A stretch of 64,000 nucleotides of DNA. It comes from a virus (Duplodnaviria; Caudoviricetes). Position 1 is the first letter of the stretch. Each line of letters begins with the position of its first letter. Below are positions 47,178 through 56,194 of this stretch, piece by piece. A program made the translations under genes and the position numbers. The stretch is taken from IMG/VR virus record IMGVR_UViG_3300020037_004820, one strand, 5' to 3'. The notes below the pieces were generated by a model, which saw nothing but the letters and a program-made list of their open reading frames with translations, was not told the DNA's origin and searched no databases.

Positions 47178-48233
47178 ATGAGAATAATAGAAAAAGAAGC
47201 ATTAGCATTTAATGACATCATTATTCCCCCAAGCTACTCTCCTTTAATATCTAGATCAGAAATAAGTTTAAATTCTAAACTTTATACACGTTCTGACGTG
47301 TGTTATGAATTTAAACTTCCACTTATTTCTGCTCCAATGGATTCTGTTACTGGAGCAGAAATGTGTTATTGGATGTGGAAAAACGGAGGATTAGGCATAT
47401 TGCACCGTTTTTGCTCAATTGACGAGCAAGTAGAAATGGTCAAGGCCATCAAAGCGCTCGATCAAAACGCTATAATAGGCGCAGCTATTGGTGCAAATGG
47501 AGATTATCTAGAACGTGCCAAGGCACTAGAAGAGGCAGGTATTCACATCATTTGCGTAGATATAGCACATGGGCACAGTATAACGATGAAAAAAGCATTA
47601 AAAGCGCTTTTGCCCATCTTATCTAAAGATATACATATAATGGCGGGAAATATTGCAACGAGAGAAGCAATGACTGATTCTATGGAATGGGGAGCAAATT
47701 CTGTCCGTGTAGGTATAGGTTCAGGTGCAGCTTGTTCTACATCTATTCAAACTGGACATGGTTTACCTTTATTACAGTGTCTGCTAGATGTTTGCGAAGG
47801 AGGAGTTCCTCATAATTTTACAGTTATAGCAGATGGTGGAATAAAGAAAGGAGCAGATGCTGTTAAATCATTTGCGGCTGGCGCAGATTTCTGTATGATG
47901 GGGTCTTTGCTTGCAGGAACAAAAGCATCTCCTGGTGAAATTGTAGAATTAGAAGATGGTAGAATGATGAAATCTTATAGAGGATCAGCTTCCATGGCGG
48001 TACAAAAGGCAACAGGGAAAAAGAAGATATATGAAGAAGGTGTTTCTGCCCTAGTTAGGTATACTGGAAAGATAGAAAACATTCTAGAAAAACTTGAAAA
48101 TGGGATACGCTCAGGATTGTCTTATTCTGGAGCAAAAGATCTTAAAACTTTTAGAGAAAAAGTAGTTGCGCGTAGAATCACAAACGAAGCATATACACAA
48201 GCAACTCCTCATGTATTAGGAAAATCTGTATGA
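47178..48233 (+). CDS. IMP dehydrogenase/GMP reductase family (no CBS domain)
   Basis: SAPMDSVT, DIAHGHS, AGNI, VGIGSGAAC.T, IADGGI, MMGSLLAG, YRGSAS, EEG, RSGLSY.G. Confidence 0.92.
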   Translation: MRIIEKEALAFNDIIIPPSYSPLISRSEISLNSKLYTRSDVCYEFKLPLISAPMDSVTGAEMCYWMWKNGGLGILHRFCSIDEQVEMVKAIKALDQNAIIGAAIGANGDYLERAKALEEAGIHIICVDIAHGHSITMKKALKALLPILSKDIHIMAGNIATREAMTDSMEWGANSVRVGIGSGAACSTSIQTGHGLPLLQCLLDVCEGGVPHNFTVIADGGIKKGADAVKSFAAGADFCMMGSLLAGTKASPGEIVELEDGRMMKSYRGSASMAVQKATGKKKIYEEGVSALVRYTGKIENILEKLENGIRSGLSYSGAKDLKTFREKVVARRITNEAYTQATPHVLGKSV

Positions 48234-48439
48234 ACATAGAGCAATTACAAGAAATAATAGATGGTTTGTATATCATCTGTGAGGACTGCGAAGGCTCAGG
48301 GAAAGATTCTTATTACAAAAGTGATAAATATCCACCGCCTTGTTATAGATGCTCAGGTGAAGGTAAAACAGTCTCTGAGTTTGGACAACAATTAATGAAA
48401 TTTATTCAGGATAATATAAAGATACGTATATCTACATAA
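48230..48439 (+). CDS. anti-TRAP (RtpA)-like zinc-ribbon protein
   Basis: L...CxxCxGxG...PCxxCSGxG....GQ.L..FIQ. Confidence 0.6.
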   Translation: MNIEQLQEIIDGLYIICEDCEGSGKDSYYKSDKYPPPCYRCSGEGKTVSEFGQQLMKFIQDNIKIRIST

Positions 48440-48440
48440 T

Positions 48441-48887
48441 ATGAAAAAGAAAACTTATTTAGACAGACATTATGAAAACTCTAAAAAAATTCTTCAAGAA
48501 AATGGAGAAAATTTAGATAAATTACTTGCATCCTATAAGAGACGATTAGAATACAGAAGACTTGTTAAAGAAAGAAAACAGAACTTAACTTTTAAAGTTA
48601 AAGTTAATTTAGAGACATATTTTAGATATAAAATGGTTGCAATTTCGGAAGATATGGCTTCTAAAGCTCTTTTAGAAGCTTTTATGAATTATTTTGTAGA
48701 GGGTGATGAGGAATTAGAAAGTTTGATAGATAAATTGTCTAATTACCATACAAAGTCTATATATATATCTACTCTTCAGAAAAAGAAAAAATTAGCTTTG
48801 ATAAATAACCTAAATAAAATACACAAAATATCTACAGATTGGTGGAGAAAATATACGGATCTTAATAATGAAGAATTCGACTTTTAA
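48441..48887 (+). CDS. hypothetical basic protein
   Basis: 148-aa ORF. Confidence 0.55.
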   Translation: MKKKTYLDRHYENSKKILQENGENLDKLLASYKRRLEYRRLVKERKQNLTFKVKVNLETYFRYKMVAISEDMASKALLEAFMNYFVEGDEELESLIDKLSNYHTKSIYISTLQKKKKLALINNLNKIHKISTDWWRKYTDLNNEEFDF

Positions 48888-48929
48888 AAGAAGACTCACT
48901 ATTTATTTGTATGTTATGGAGAAATAAAA

Positions 48930-49613
48930 ATGTCTAAACAACCCTTACTAACCGAAGCTACACAAAAGAGATTACTTTTGTTAGCCGGTATGTCTCATTA
49001 TTCCGATGAAGTTCTAACAGAAAGCAAAAACGGTATACCTGCTGAACCCGATTATACTGGTGGTGAAAAGGCATTAAAGCCGGCCCCAGGTGCTAAGAAA
49101 ACAGAAGGCGCAAAAGAACCAAAAGACGACAAGAAAAAGCTTAACGAGGAAATTCCTCAAGATGATTCTATGGCGCCTGCTCCAGTTTCTCCATCACCAG
49201 AAGTTCCACCGCCAGCACCATCCCCATTAGAAGGAGCACCCGCAGCTCCAGGTAATTCTGCAAATGTTGATTTAAAGAAATTTGCTCAAGAATTTGCAAG
49301 TTTTCTAAAATCTCAAGGTCATGAAATTACATTCACCGTAGATGGCGAAGATGTTTCACAAGATATCGGAGCAACCGAAGATGAATTTGGTGAAGTTGAA
49401 CCAGAGCCAGGATTTGGTGAAGAACCTTCTCCAGAAGCTGCACCAGAACCTTCTCCAGAAGCTGCACCAGAACCTCCCGAGGCAGAACCTAAATTAGAAT
49501 CAAAAGAAAGAAAAGTTGCAAGACTTGTATACGAAGAAGTTCTACGCTCACTTACCTCAAATGTTGGAAAAAAGGCAAGTAAAGTGCAAGTAAAAATCGC
49601 TCCAAAGAAATAA
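48930..49613 (+). CDS. acidic Pro/Glu-rich late protein (possible internal head protein)
   Basis: late motif at 48899, RBS GGAG, LLTE..R..LAG N-terminus, own terminator. Confidence 0.6.
   Translation: MSKQPLLTEATQKRLLLLAGMSHYSDEVLTESKNGIPAEPDYTGGEKALKPAPGAKKTEGAKEPKDDKKKLNEEIPQDDSMAPAPVSPSPEVPPPAPSPLEGAPAAPGNSANVDLKKFAQEFASFLKSQGHEITFTVDGEDVSQDIGATEDEFGEVEPEPGFGEEPSPEAAPEPSPEAAPEPPEAEPKLESKERKVARLVYEEVLRSLTSNVGKKASKVQVKIAPKK
49421..49475 (+). repeat. 24-bp in-frame tandem repeat (EPSPEAAP)
   Basis: AGAACCTTCTCCAGAAGCTGCACC x2 plus a partial copy. Confidence 0.9.
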
Positions 49614-49641
49614 GCTGTAATGACAAAACTCTAAGAGAATG

Positions 49642-49676
49642 AAAAAAATCCCCTGTGTTTAAGGGGATTTTTTTTT
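49642..49676 (+). terminator. rho-independent terminator
   Basis: AAAAAAATCCCCT...AGGGGATTTTTTTTT. Confidence 0.85.
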
Positions 49677-49688
49677 GAGGGCAGAACT

Positions 49689-50294
49689 ATGAAAAAACCC
49701 GAAGTTACTAAAGAAGCTGAGCATCTTGAAAAAGAGCTATTAGATCGCCTTACAAAAGGAAAATCAATTGATACAAACTTATACTTATTTGGAGAGGTTA
49801 ATGGAAAATCTTCCCTCGATTTAATTGCAACCATTTTTGATGTTGCAAACGAACTTGTAGAAAATGCTGTACCTCATCCGTGTATTACAATATATGTAAA
49901 TACAGAAGGCGGTGAGATTTACGAAATGTATGCAATTCAAGATGTTATAGAATTTGTTCAAAAACAAGGAATTGTGGTACAAACTGTAGGAATGGGGCAA
50001 GTAATGTCTGCTGGACTAATCTTGTTAGCTTGTGGAACTAAAGGTCAAAGATTCTTAGGTAAAAGAACCAGATTAATGTTCCATGAAGTCTCAAACGGAG
50101 TTTCAGGAACATTTGATCATATAAAAACAGAGTTTTCAGAAACTCAATATCTTCAAGATCAATACATTGATACAATTGTTAAATTAAGTAAAAAAAGTAA
50201 AACTTTCTATAAAAAACTTTTGGATAAAAAAAATAACCAATATTTTACAGCAGAGGAAGCTATATCCTGGGGATTAGCAGATAAATTACTCTAA
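49689..50294 (+). CDS. clpP: ClpP-family protease
   Basis: YVNTEGG, G.VMSAG (Ser), R.MFHE (His), YFTAEEA..WGL.D. Confidence 0.9.
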   Translation: MKKPEVTKEAEHLEKELLDRLTKGKSIDTNLYLFGEVNGKSSLDLIATIFDVANELVENAVPHPCITIYVNTEGGEIYEMYAIQDVIEFVQKQGIVVQTVGMGQVMSAGLILLACGTKGQRFLGKRTRLMFHEVSNGVSGTFDHIKTEFSETQYLQDQYIDTIVKLSKKSKTFYKKLLDKKNNQYFTAEEAISWGLADKLL

Positions 50295-50398
50295 TAAGTA
50301 TTTAAATGACAGATAGTATTTAGGGTCTATTACATATGATAGAGACGTATAGCTTTAGAGCTAAATGATATTTTCGAATATCATAGGGAATTAAAATA

Positions 50399-51763
50399 AT
50401 GACTAAAAACAAATCAAGCGAAAAAAGACATAATGAAATATGGTCAAAGCAACGAATAGCTAAAGCCGTACAGATTTTATCTCAAGTTTCCTCTGTAGAA
50501 GAAGCTGCGACAATCTTAGGAATCACGTCCAGATCATTACGTCGCGGATTTTCAAATGCAGGTATGTTACAACCGGCATCTTATCTGCCCTATAATGCAG
50601 AGTTGTCTAAAGCAAAAAAAGAAAAAATTGTCGAACATTACTCAGATGTTGGCGGTGGATTAACCGCACCAGAAATTGCGATTAAAGAAAAGATACCGCT
50701 GGACGATGTTCAGAAATTTATAAAAGAAAAGAAGTTGACACATAAATCGTTACCTACAATAGATTCTTCACTATTAGATTCTGAAAAAATGAAGAAATCT
50801 ATAGAAATAAGAGAATATAAGCTTAAAGATAAGCTTACAGTTATGGAAGAAGAACGTATTCGATCAGATGCTGCTAAATGGCAAAATTGGAAGCAAAATA
50901 TTGGAAATGCTTTATTTAAATTATTGGAAAAAAGTATTCCAAAATATTCTGTTGAAAAAATAGAAGTTGAACCTTCTAAACCCTTTATAGCAGTTTTATC
51001 TATTCAAGATTTCCACTTAGGAAGATTTGCTTCTAAATTAGAAGTTGGAAAAGATACTAATATTGAAACTCAAAAGAGACACATTATTGAATGTGTAAAA
51101 GATCTTATAAATCAATTAGCTAAATTCGGTAGACCAGAAAAAATCCTCCTAAGTATCGGAGGAGACTTTGCCAACTCTGATAATGCTAAATTGACTACAA
51201 CAAATGGAACTGCACAAGATTCTATACCTTCTCATACATTGATTCAAGTTGAATCTTCAATGCTTTCTGTTCAATTAGTTGATTTATTGAGACAAGCTGC
51301 CGATGTAGTAGAATTGGTCCCAACAGGTGGAAATCATGATAAAGATACATCAGTATCTCAATTTCTATTTACATCAGCATGGTTCAAAGATTGTCCAGAC
51401 GTGATCACCTTCTTCGACACCGAAGGTCAAACATTAGCAGGGCGCCAATACCGTCAATATGGGGCTAATCTCATAGCCTTTGCCCATGGTGACGGCGCTA
51501 AGATCAAGAATATGCCTACAATCATCGCAAATGAGGCTAGAGAGCTTTGGGGCGTGACCAAGCATACAACTGTATTAACTGGGCATCATCATTATAGAAT
51601 TTCACAAGATTTATTCGGAATGCAACATGTGCAAGTTCCTTCTCTAGCTTTGGATGACAGATGGAGCTATAGTAAAGGTTTCCAAAATGAAAAAGGTCTA
51701 ACCATAGTGCTTCTTGATAAAGAAAAAGGATATATGGCTGAGATTATGGCGCACTCTGTATAA
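50399..51763 (+). CDS. metallophosphoesterase with HTH-like N-terminus
   Basis: QDFHLG, GGDF, GNHD, AHGD, TGHHH; AA..LGIT.RSL.R HTH-like segment. Confidence 0.8.
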   Translation: MTKNKSSEKRHNEIWSKQRIAKAVQILSQVSSVEEAATILGITSRSLRRGFSNAGMLQPASYLPYNAELSKAKKEKIVEHYSDVGGGLTAPEIAIKEKIPLDDVQKFIKEKKLTHKSLPTIDSSLLDSEKMKKSIEIREYKLKDKLTVMEEERIRSDAAKWQNWKQNIGNALFKLLEKSIPKYSVEKIEVEPSKPFIAVLSIQDFHLGRFASKLEVGKDTNIETQKRHIIECVKDLINQLAKFGRPEKILLSIGGDFANSDNAKLTTTNGTAQDSIPSHTLIQVESSMLSVQLVDLLRQAADVVELVPTGGNHDKDTSVSQFLFTSAWFKDCPDVITFFDTEGQTLAGRQYRQYGANLIAFAHGDGAKIKNMPTIIANEARELWGVTKHTTVLTGHHHYRISQDLFGMQHVQVPSLALDDRWSYSKGFQNEKGLTIVLLDKEKGYMAEIMAHSV

Positions 51764-51786
51764 TTACTACAGTTGGAGATTCACCT

Positions 51787-52149
51787 ATGGCCGATAATAT
51801 ACAAGCTATTTTTAGTAACGAAGTTAATCCTTCTTCCAAACAAGATTATCTTAATACATTATTTTCTAAATATTTAATACCTAAATTGGGAATGTTTAGA
51901 GAAGTAAAAGAAGATATTTATGATAGATTTAGAAAAACAGGGACAACAACTAAAGCTAGATGGCATGATAGACATAATAATGCATTTTCATTAAAATGTT
52001 TTAATCATGGTCCATGGTTTTTAGTTGTTTATCGACCAAACTCTGTAGAATACGGAAAAGAAGATGATACAATAAAATATTATGAAATTCCTCAGTTCGA
52101 ACAAATGGTTGATCAAATGGTCTTAACAGAAAGAGAATTATTTGGATGA
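51787..52149 (+). CDS. hypothetical protein
   Basis: RBS GGAG, ATAATTA motif upstream. Confidence 0.55.
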   Translation: MADNIQAIFSNEVNPSSKQDYLNTLFSKYLIPKLGMFREVKEDIYDRFRKTGTTTKARWHDRHNNAFSLKCFNHGPWFLVVYRPNSVEYGKEDDTIKYYEIPQFEQMVDQMVLTERELFG

Positions 52150-52889
52150 TAACAAAAGAAATAAAAGAGAAATATTTAAAAGAATTACTTGCTGGTACAA
52201 TAAAACATCTTCTTGAAAAAGAAGAGTTATCAGAAGCAGAAGAATTGTTTCTAAATGAATTAGATGCTCGTGGTATTGATCGTCAGATCTCTACTCAACG
52301 AGCATCTAACTTTAAAAATTACAACAAACACGTAACTGATTTGGTCACAAAAGGCATATCTCCTGAATTTGTTGATTTTAATAACGGTATAGCTACATTT
52401 ACTATACCGTCTTCTAAAGAGTTCAGTTCTGATCCTGATGCTCCAAAAGAATATGAATTGGCTATTCGTTTTTACGAATGGAACAAATTCTTTGATGATC
52501 CAATGCTTCCTATGTTTAGAAGAGTTGATCGTTTGTTAAAAGGTAACTTAGGTATTGCTTGCGGTTGTCCATCTTTTAGATACCATTTTGGTTATCAAAC
52601 TTATCTAAAAGGATCGGATGTTTATGATTCTGAAAATTCTCATCTATCAATTAAAGATCCTGCGCTCTTGACAAATCCTAAAAACGTGGGTATAGGATGT
52701 AAACATCTCATCAGATTGATGAATCCTTATAACTACAGACTATATATTGGACCAATGGTTATGAAAGCTATAGCAGAAAAGTTACCAAATAATGGTAAAT
52801 CTAAACAAGAAACTTTGCCATCTGCTCCAGCTTCTAAACAGAACGTATATCCTAGTTATAAATTGCCTAGAGAATTGAAACCACAATAA
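52146..52889 (+). CDS. SWIM-like zinc-finger protein
   Basis: CGCPSF.Y ... NP...GCKHL. Confidence 0.65.
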   Translation: MITKEIKEKYLKELLAGTIKHLLEKEELSEAEELFLNELDARGIDRQISTQRASNFKNYNKHVTDLVTKGISPEFVDFNNGIATFTIPSSKEFSSDPDAPKEYELAIRFYEWNKFFDDPMLPMFRRVDRLLKGNLGIACGCPSFRYHFGYQTYLKGSDVYDSENSHLSIKDPALLTNPKNVGIGCKHLIRLMNPYNYRLYIGPMVMKAIAEKLPNNGKSKQETLPSAPASKQNVYPSYKLPRELKPQ

Positions 52890-52897
52890 GGAGAAAT

Positions 52898-54442
52898 ATG
52901 AAAGTTTACAGTGCTGATTCCGATTTTGACGTTAAAGTAGCAAAATCGTTGAATTTATTAACTTCATATGTTTTAGCAACATATGGACCTTTTGGAAAGA
53001 ATATATTATTGACAAAAGATGGAACAACTTTACTAACAAAAGACGGAGTAACTGTTGCAAAATCTATAACATCTAAAGATAAAACAGAAAATGCTATATT
53101 AGATATAATGAAGCAAGTTGCGGATAAAACTGTTAAAGATGCAGGAGATGGAACAACTACATCAATCTTATTTTTAAAACATTTTGTTGAGAAAATAAAA
53201 GCAACAATAACTGCTTTTCCTTTTATTCCATCTACTAAAATTAGAGAAGTTTTTGAAGAAGAATTAAAAATCTTCTTAAGAGAATTAGAGAACTTTTCAA
53301 CAGATGTGAATTCTAAGGAATTGCTAACTCATGTGGCTTTCATGGCTTCTAACGGTGACAAACTTATTGCAGATTTAGTCGCAACGTTGATTGACCAAGT
53401 TGGCGCAACCGGCTCGGTATCTATAAAAAATTCTAAAACAGGAAAGACCTATATAGATATTGTAGAAGGTTTGAAATTTAAATCCGCAGTAGCTTCTGCA
53501 TCATTTTTAGACGATTTACAAGAGAAAAAAATTCTAACAGATTGTGTTATAGTTGTATCTAATACAACTATTAACCTATCAGATGATCTAATAAATCTTC
53601 TAAGAGATTGTGTTGAAAATAAAAAATCATTACTGTTCGTATGCCCCAATATGGACGAAAAAGCATTATTGACAATTATCACGAATGTCCAGATGAAAAG
53701 AGGACTACAATGTTGTGTAGTCTCTCCCTCTTATTTAGGAATAGAGAAATTAGAGGTTTTTGAGGATGTTGCTTTAATAGCAAATACCTCTGTCAACACT
53801 GTTCAAACATTGACTAGAACGAAAGTGAGTGAATGGGGTTACGCAAAGACCGTCGAGGTGACACGCGGCTCGACCATCCTAATCGACGCAGCCGCTAAGC
53901 CTGAGATTCTGGACAAAGCAATCGAGGGCCTACGTGGTAGGCTACAGGCCGAAGAGGACGACGCTACCAGCAAGCGTCTCGCGTCACGCATTGACCGCTT
54001 GACCTCTACACTCGGCATATTGAATATAGGTGGAGCAACCGATGCAGAAATTATAGAAAAGCACCATCGTGTTGAGGACGCAATAGAATCGTGCCATTCG
54101 GCCATGCGCAAAGGAGTTGTGCCGGGGGGCGGAAGTTCACTCTCTCATTTGGCTGTTATATTCTCATCCAATACCGGGGACGCATTAGTTGATTATGTAC
54201 GTAATGTAATACGCTTCGTTTGTAAACAACCTGCGGCACTGCTCTACAATGGAAACAATGAATTTGTTCAAACAGAAAATCTAAAGATAAAAAAAGTCTT
54301 AGATTTAAGATCAAATTCTTTTGTTGATCCCATTGAAAATGGTTTAGTGGAAGCAGTTTGGACGATTCAATCAGCTATGTATAATGCATTCAGTAGTGCT
54401 TGGTTACTATGTCAATCATATGGTTCTGTAATAGAAGAATAA
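52898..54442 (+). CDS. groEL: GroEL-like chaperonin
   Basis: T.GP.G.N, TKDGVTVAKSI, AGDGTTT, GGAT..E..E...R.EDA, GVVPGGG. Confidence 0.92.
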   Translation: MKVYSADSDFDVKVAKSLNLLTSYVLATYGPFGKNILLTKDGTTLLTKDGVTVAKSITSKDKTENAILDIMKQVADKTVKDAGDGTTTSILFLKHFVEKIKATITAFPFIPSTKIREVFEEELKIFLRELENFSTDVNSKELLTHVAFMASNGDKLIADLVATLIDQVGATGSVSIKNSKTGKTYIDIVEGLKFKSAVASASFLDDLQEKKILTDCVIVVSNTTINLSDDLINLLRDCVENKKSLLFVCPNMDEKALLTIITNVQMKRGLQCCVVSPSYLGIEKLEVFEDVALIANTSVNTVQTLTRTKVSEWGYAKTVEVTRGSTILIDAAAKPEILDKAIEGLRGRLQAEEDDATSKRLASRIDRLTSTLGILNIGGATDAEIIEKHHRVEDAIESCHSAMRKGVVPGGGSSLSHLAVIFSSNTGDALVDYVRNVIRFVCKQPAALLYNGNNEFVQTENLKIKKVLDLRSNSFVDPIENGLVEAVWTIQSAMYNAFSSAWLLCQSYGSVIEE

Positions 54443-54452
54443 GGAGTTTAGT

Positions 54453-54713
54453 ATGAGTGAAGAAAAGAAAGAAGTTGAAGTTAAAGTTTATTTATCTAGT
54501 TTAGATAATGTTTTGAAATTTATAGAATGTTTTAATCTAAGTGATTTGTTTTTCAAATTACAAGATTGTAAAGATGTTTTATTAGCCAGACCTTCAAAGG
54601 AAGCATTAGATGACTATATAAAAGCATCAAGTGTATTTTTTGAAGTAAATTCCAACCTAATCACATTAGCAGATGCGTACCTTGAAGCTAGATTAGAAGA
54701 AATTGTCTCTTAA
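54453..54713 (+). CDS. hypothetical protein
   Basis: RBS AAGGAG; last + strand gene of the block. Confidence 0.55.
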   Translation: MSEEKKEVEVKVYLSSLDNVLKFIECFNLSDLFFKLQDCKDVLLARPSKEALDDYIKASSVFFEVNSNLITLADAYLEARLEEIVS

Positions 54714-54737
54714 TATAATATAGAAAATCTTAAAAGG

Positions 54738-54763
54738 AAAGGCCAGCAATTGCTGGCCTTTTT
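54738..54763. terminator. bidirectional terminator at the strand switch
   Basis: AAAGGCCAGCAATTGCTGGCCTTT palindrome between convergent gene blocks. Confidence 0.88.
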
Positions 54764-54787
54764 ATTATCTTTTTTAGAGGAGAAAAA

Positions 54788-55201
54788 TTAGTCCCTTAAC
54801 AAACCTTTCTTTCTTGCATAAAAATAGTTCATGTCTTTGCGTGCTTTCAAACGTAACTCTAACTCTTCATGTTCATCGGTTGATTTATTTGGACAAATAT
54901 AAGACTCGCCATCCCATGCAAGCTCGGATCTATGATATACATTTCTCATACCCCCATTTACTAAAACTCTGGTTCCTACTCCTCTAACTGTGGAGTATTT
55001 CCTTTCATCTCTTCCTCGTTTTTGATAAGGAGTAGGGGAATGCGTAATTGCTGTTGGATTGTGAGGATCTTTCCAATTATACAGTTTATAATTTATTGTA
55101 ATTCTTCGAGCATTTTTTATCTTTATTTTGCCTCGACCTTTTTTCGGTGGAAGCTCTTTATACTCTGGAACAAGTTCCGCTTTACAGATGTCACACTTCA
55201 T
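54788..55201 (-). CDS. basic hypothetical protein
   Basis: 137 aa, CxxC at the N-terminus. Confidence 0.55.
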   Translation of the reverse strand: MKCDICKAELVPEYKELPPKKGRGKIKIKNARRITINYKLYNWKDPHNPTAITHSPTPYQKRGRDERKYSTVRGVGTRVLVNGGMRNVYHRSELAWDGESYICPNKSTDEHEELELRLKARKDMNYFYARKKGLLRD

Positions 55202-55209
55202 TTTACACC

Positions 55210-55548
55210 TTATATGCTATCGAGATCTGCCTCTTCATAGCCTCTAGTTAGATCTTCTGTGTCATATAAATCTTCGCTATTAGCTGCTTTATCTGTAAAT
55301 TCCACAAGATCAACAGAGACTTCATCCTCAAACGCTTCGCCTTTCATATCGAAAGTAGCTAGTGATTCGGCATGTCCTGATGACATTGATATAAAATATT
55401 CATTAGATCGTTCATCGTATACGAAATAATCTAATTCATATAATTTAGTGGTTTTTCCTGCATTCTTAAATGCGTCTTTCAATTCTTTATAAATAAAAGG
55501 AAAATCCTTTTTTAGTTTAGATAATGATGTTACTTTCTTAGTTGTCAT
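55210..55548 (-). CDS. hypothetical protein with acidic tail
   Basis: RBS GAGGG, CTATTTA motif upstream (55565-55571, - strand). Confidence 0.6.
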   Translation of the reverse strand: MTTKKVTSLSKLKKDFPFIYKELKDAFKNAGKTTKLYELDYFVYDERSNEYFISMSSGHAESLATFDMKGEAFEDEVSVDLVEFTDKAANSEDLYDTEDLTRGYEEADLDSI

Positions 55549-55583
55549 AATGAGCCCTCAGAGTTAAATAGGGCAACTTATTT

Positions 55584-55967
55584 TCAAGTACCCTTAGACT
55601 CATTAATCACTGTTTTAATTTTGTCAACAACATCTGGTCTATCTGCCCGAATTAAAATAACAGTATATTCTCCATTAGAAGGAGCCATTTGCTGAATGGT
55701 CATCCCTGTCTCTATAACTTTAACTATATCTATATCTGATAGTTTCAGATTGACAAGAAGATTTATTTCTTCTTTAGAAAGAATTATTTTTGTAACTTTT
55801 TCTTCCGACTTATTTGAGGTATAAAGTAAATGCAAACTAACAACTATTTCAAATAAGAAAAAAGCTAAAATTATCCAAGCTAGTACATAGCTGGTCAAAG
55901 GTATTGCAATGAATAATGCGAGATAAAAACCCGATGCAGCTAAAGTAATATGGGCTATTGTTTTCAT
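55584..55967 (-). CDS. membrane protein (2 N-terminal TM helices)
   Basis: hydrophobic first 48 aa. Confidence 0.55.
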   Translation of the reverse strand: MKTIAHITLAASGFYLALFIAIPLTSYVLAWIILAFFLFEIVVSLHLLYTSNKSEEKVTKIILSKEEINLLVNLKLSDIDIVKVIETGMTIQQMAPSNGEYTVILIRADRPDVVDKIKTVINESKGT

Positions 55968-56194
55968 TCATTACCTACACATATATTAACAGTGGGAGTA
56001 GGGCATTCGCAAACAGGGTCTTCACAAACTATATCCGTTGCATGACCTTTCTCATCTTCTTGAAAAAAATAACAGCAATAGCCATGAACCTTTTTGCAGT
56101 GTTCTCCTTCATCCAATTCAGGATTTGGAATGACACAATCTATCTGTTGCAAACAACCTGTAAAGAGTAGAGCAGCTAATGTAAATATTTTCAT
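55964..56194 (-). CDS. Cys-rich putative lipoprotein
   Basis: MKIFTLAALLFTGC lipobox-like signal, 9 Cys. Confidence 0.55.
   Translation of the reverse strand: MKIFTLAALLFTGCLQQIDCVIPNPELDEGEHCKKVHGYCCYFFQEDEKGHATDIVCEDPVCECPTPTVNICVGNE

Noticed and set aside
53839-54111. - strand 90-aa ORF in the groEL GC patch
   Set aside because: Codon-mirror of groEL; expected when GC rises; no RBS evidence.
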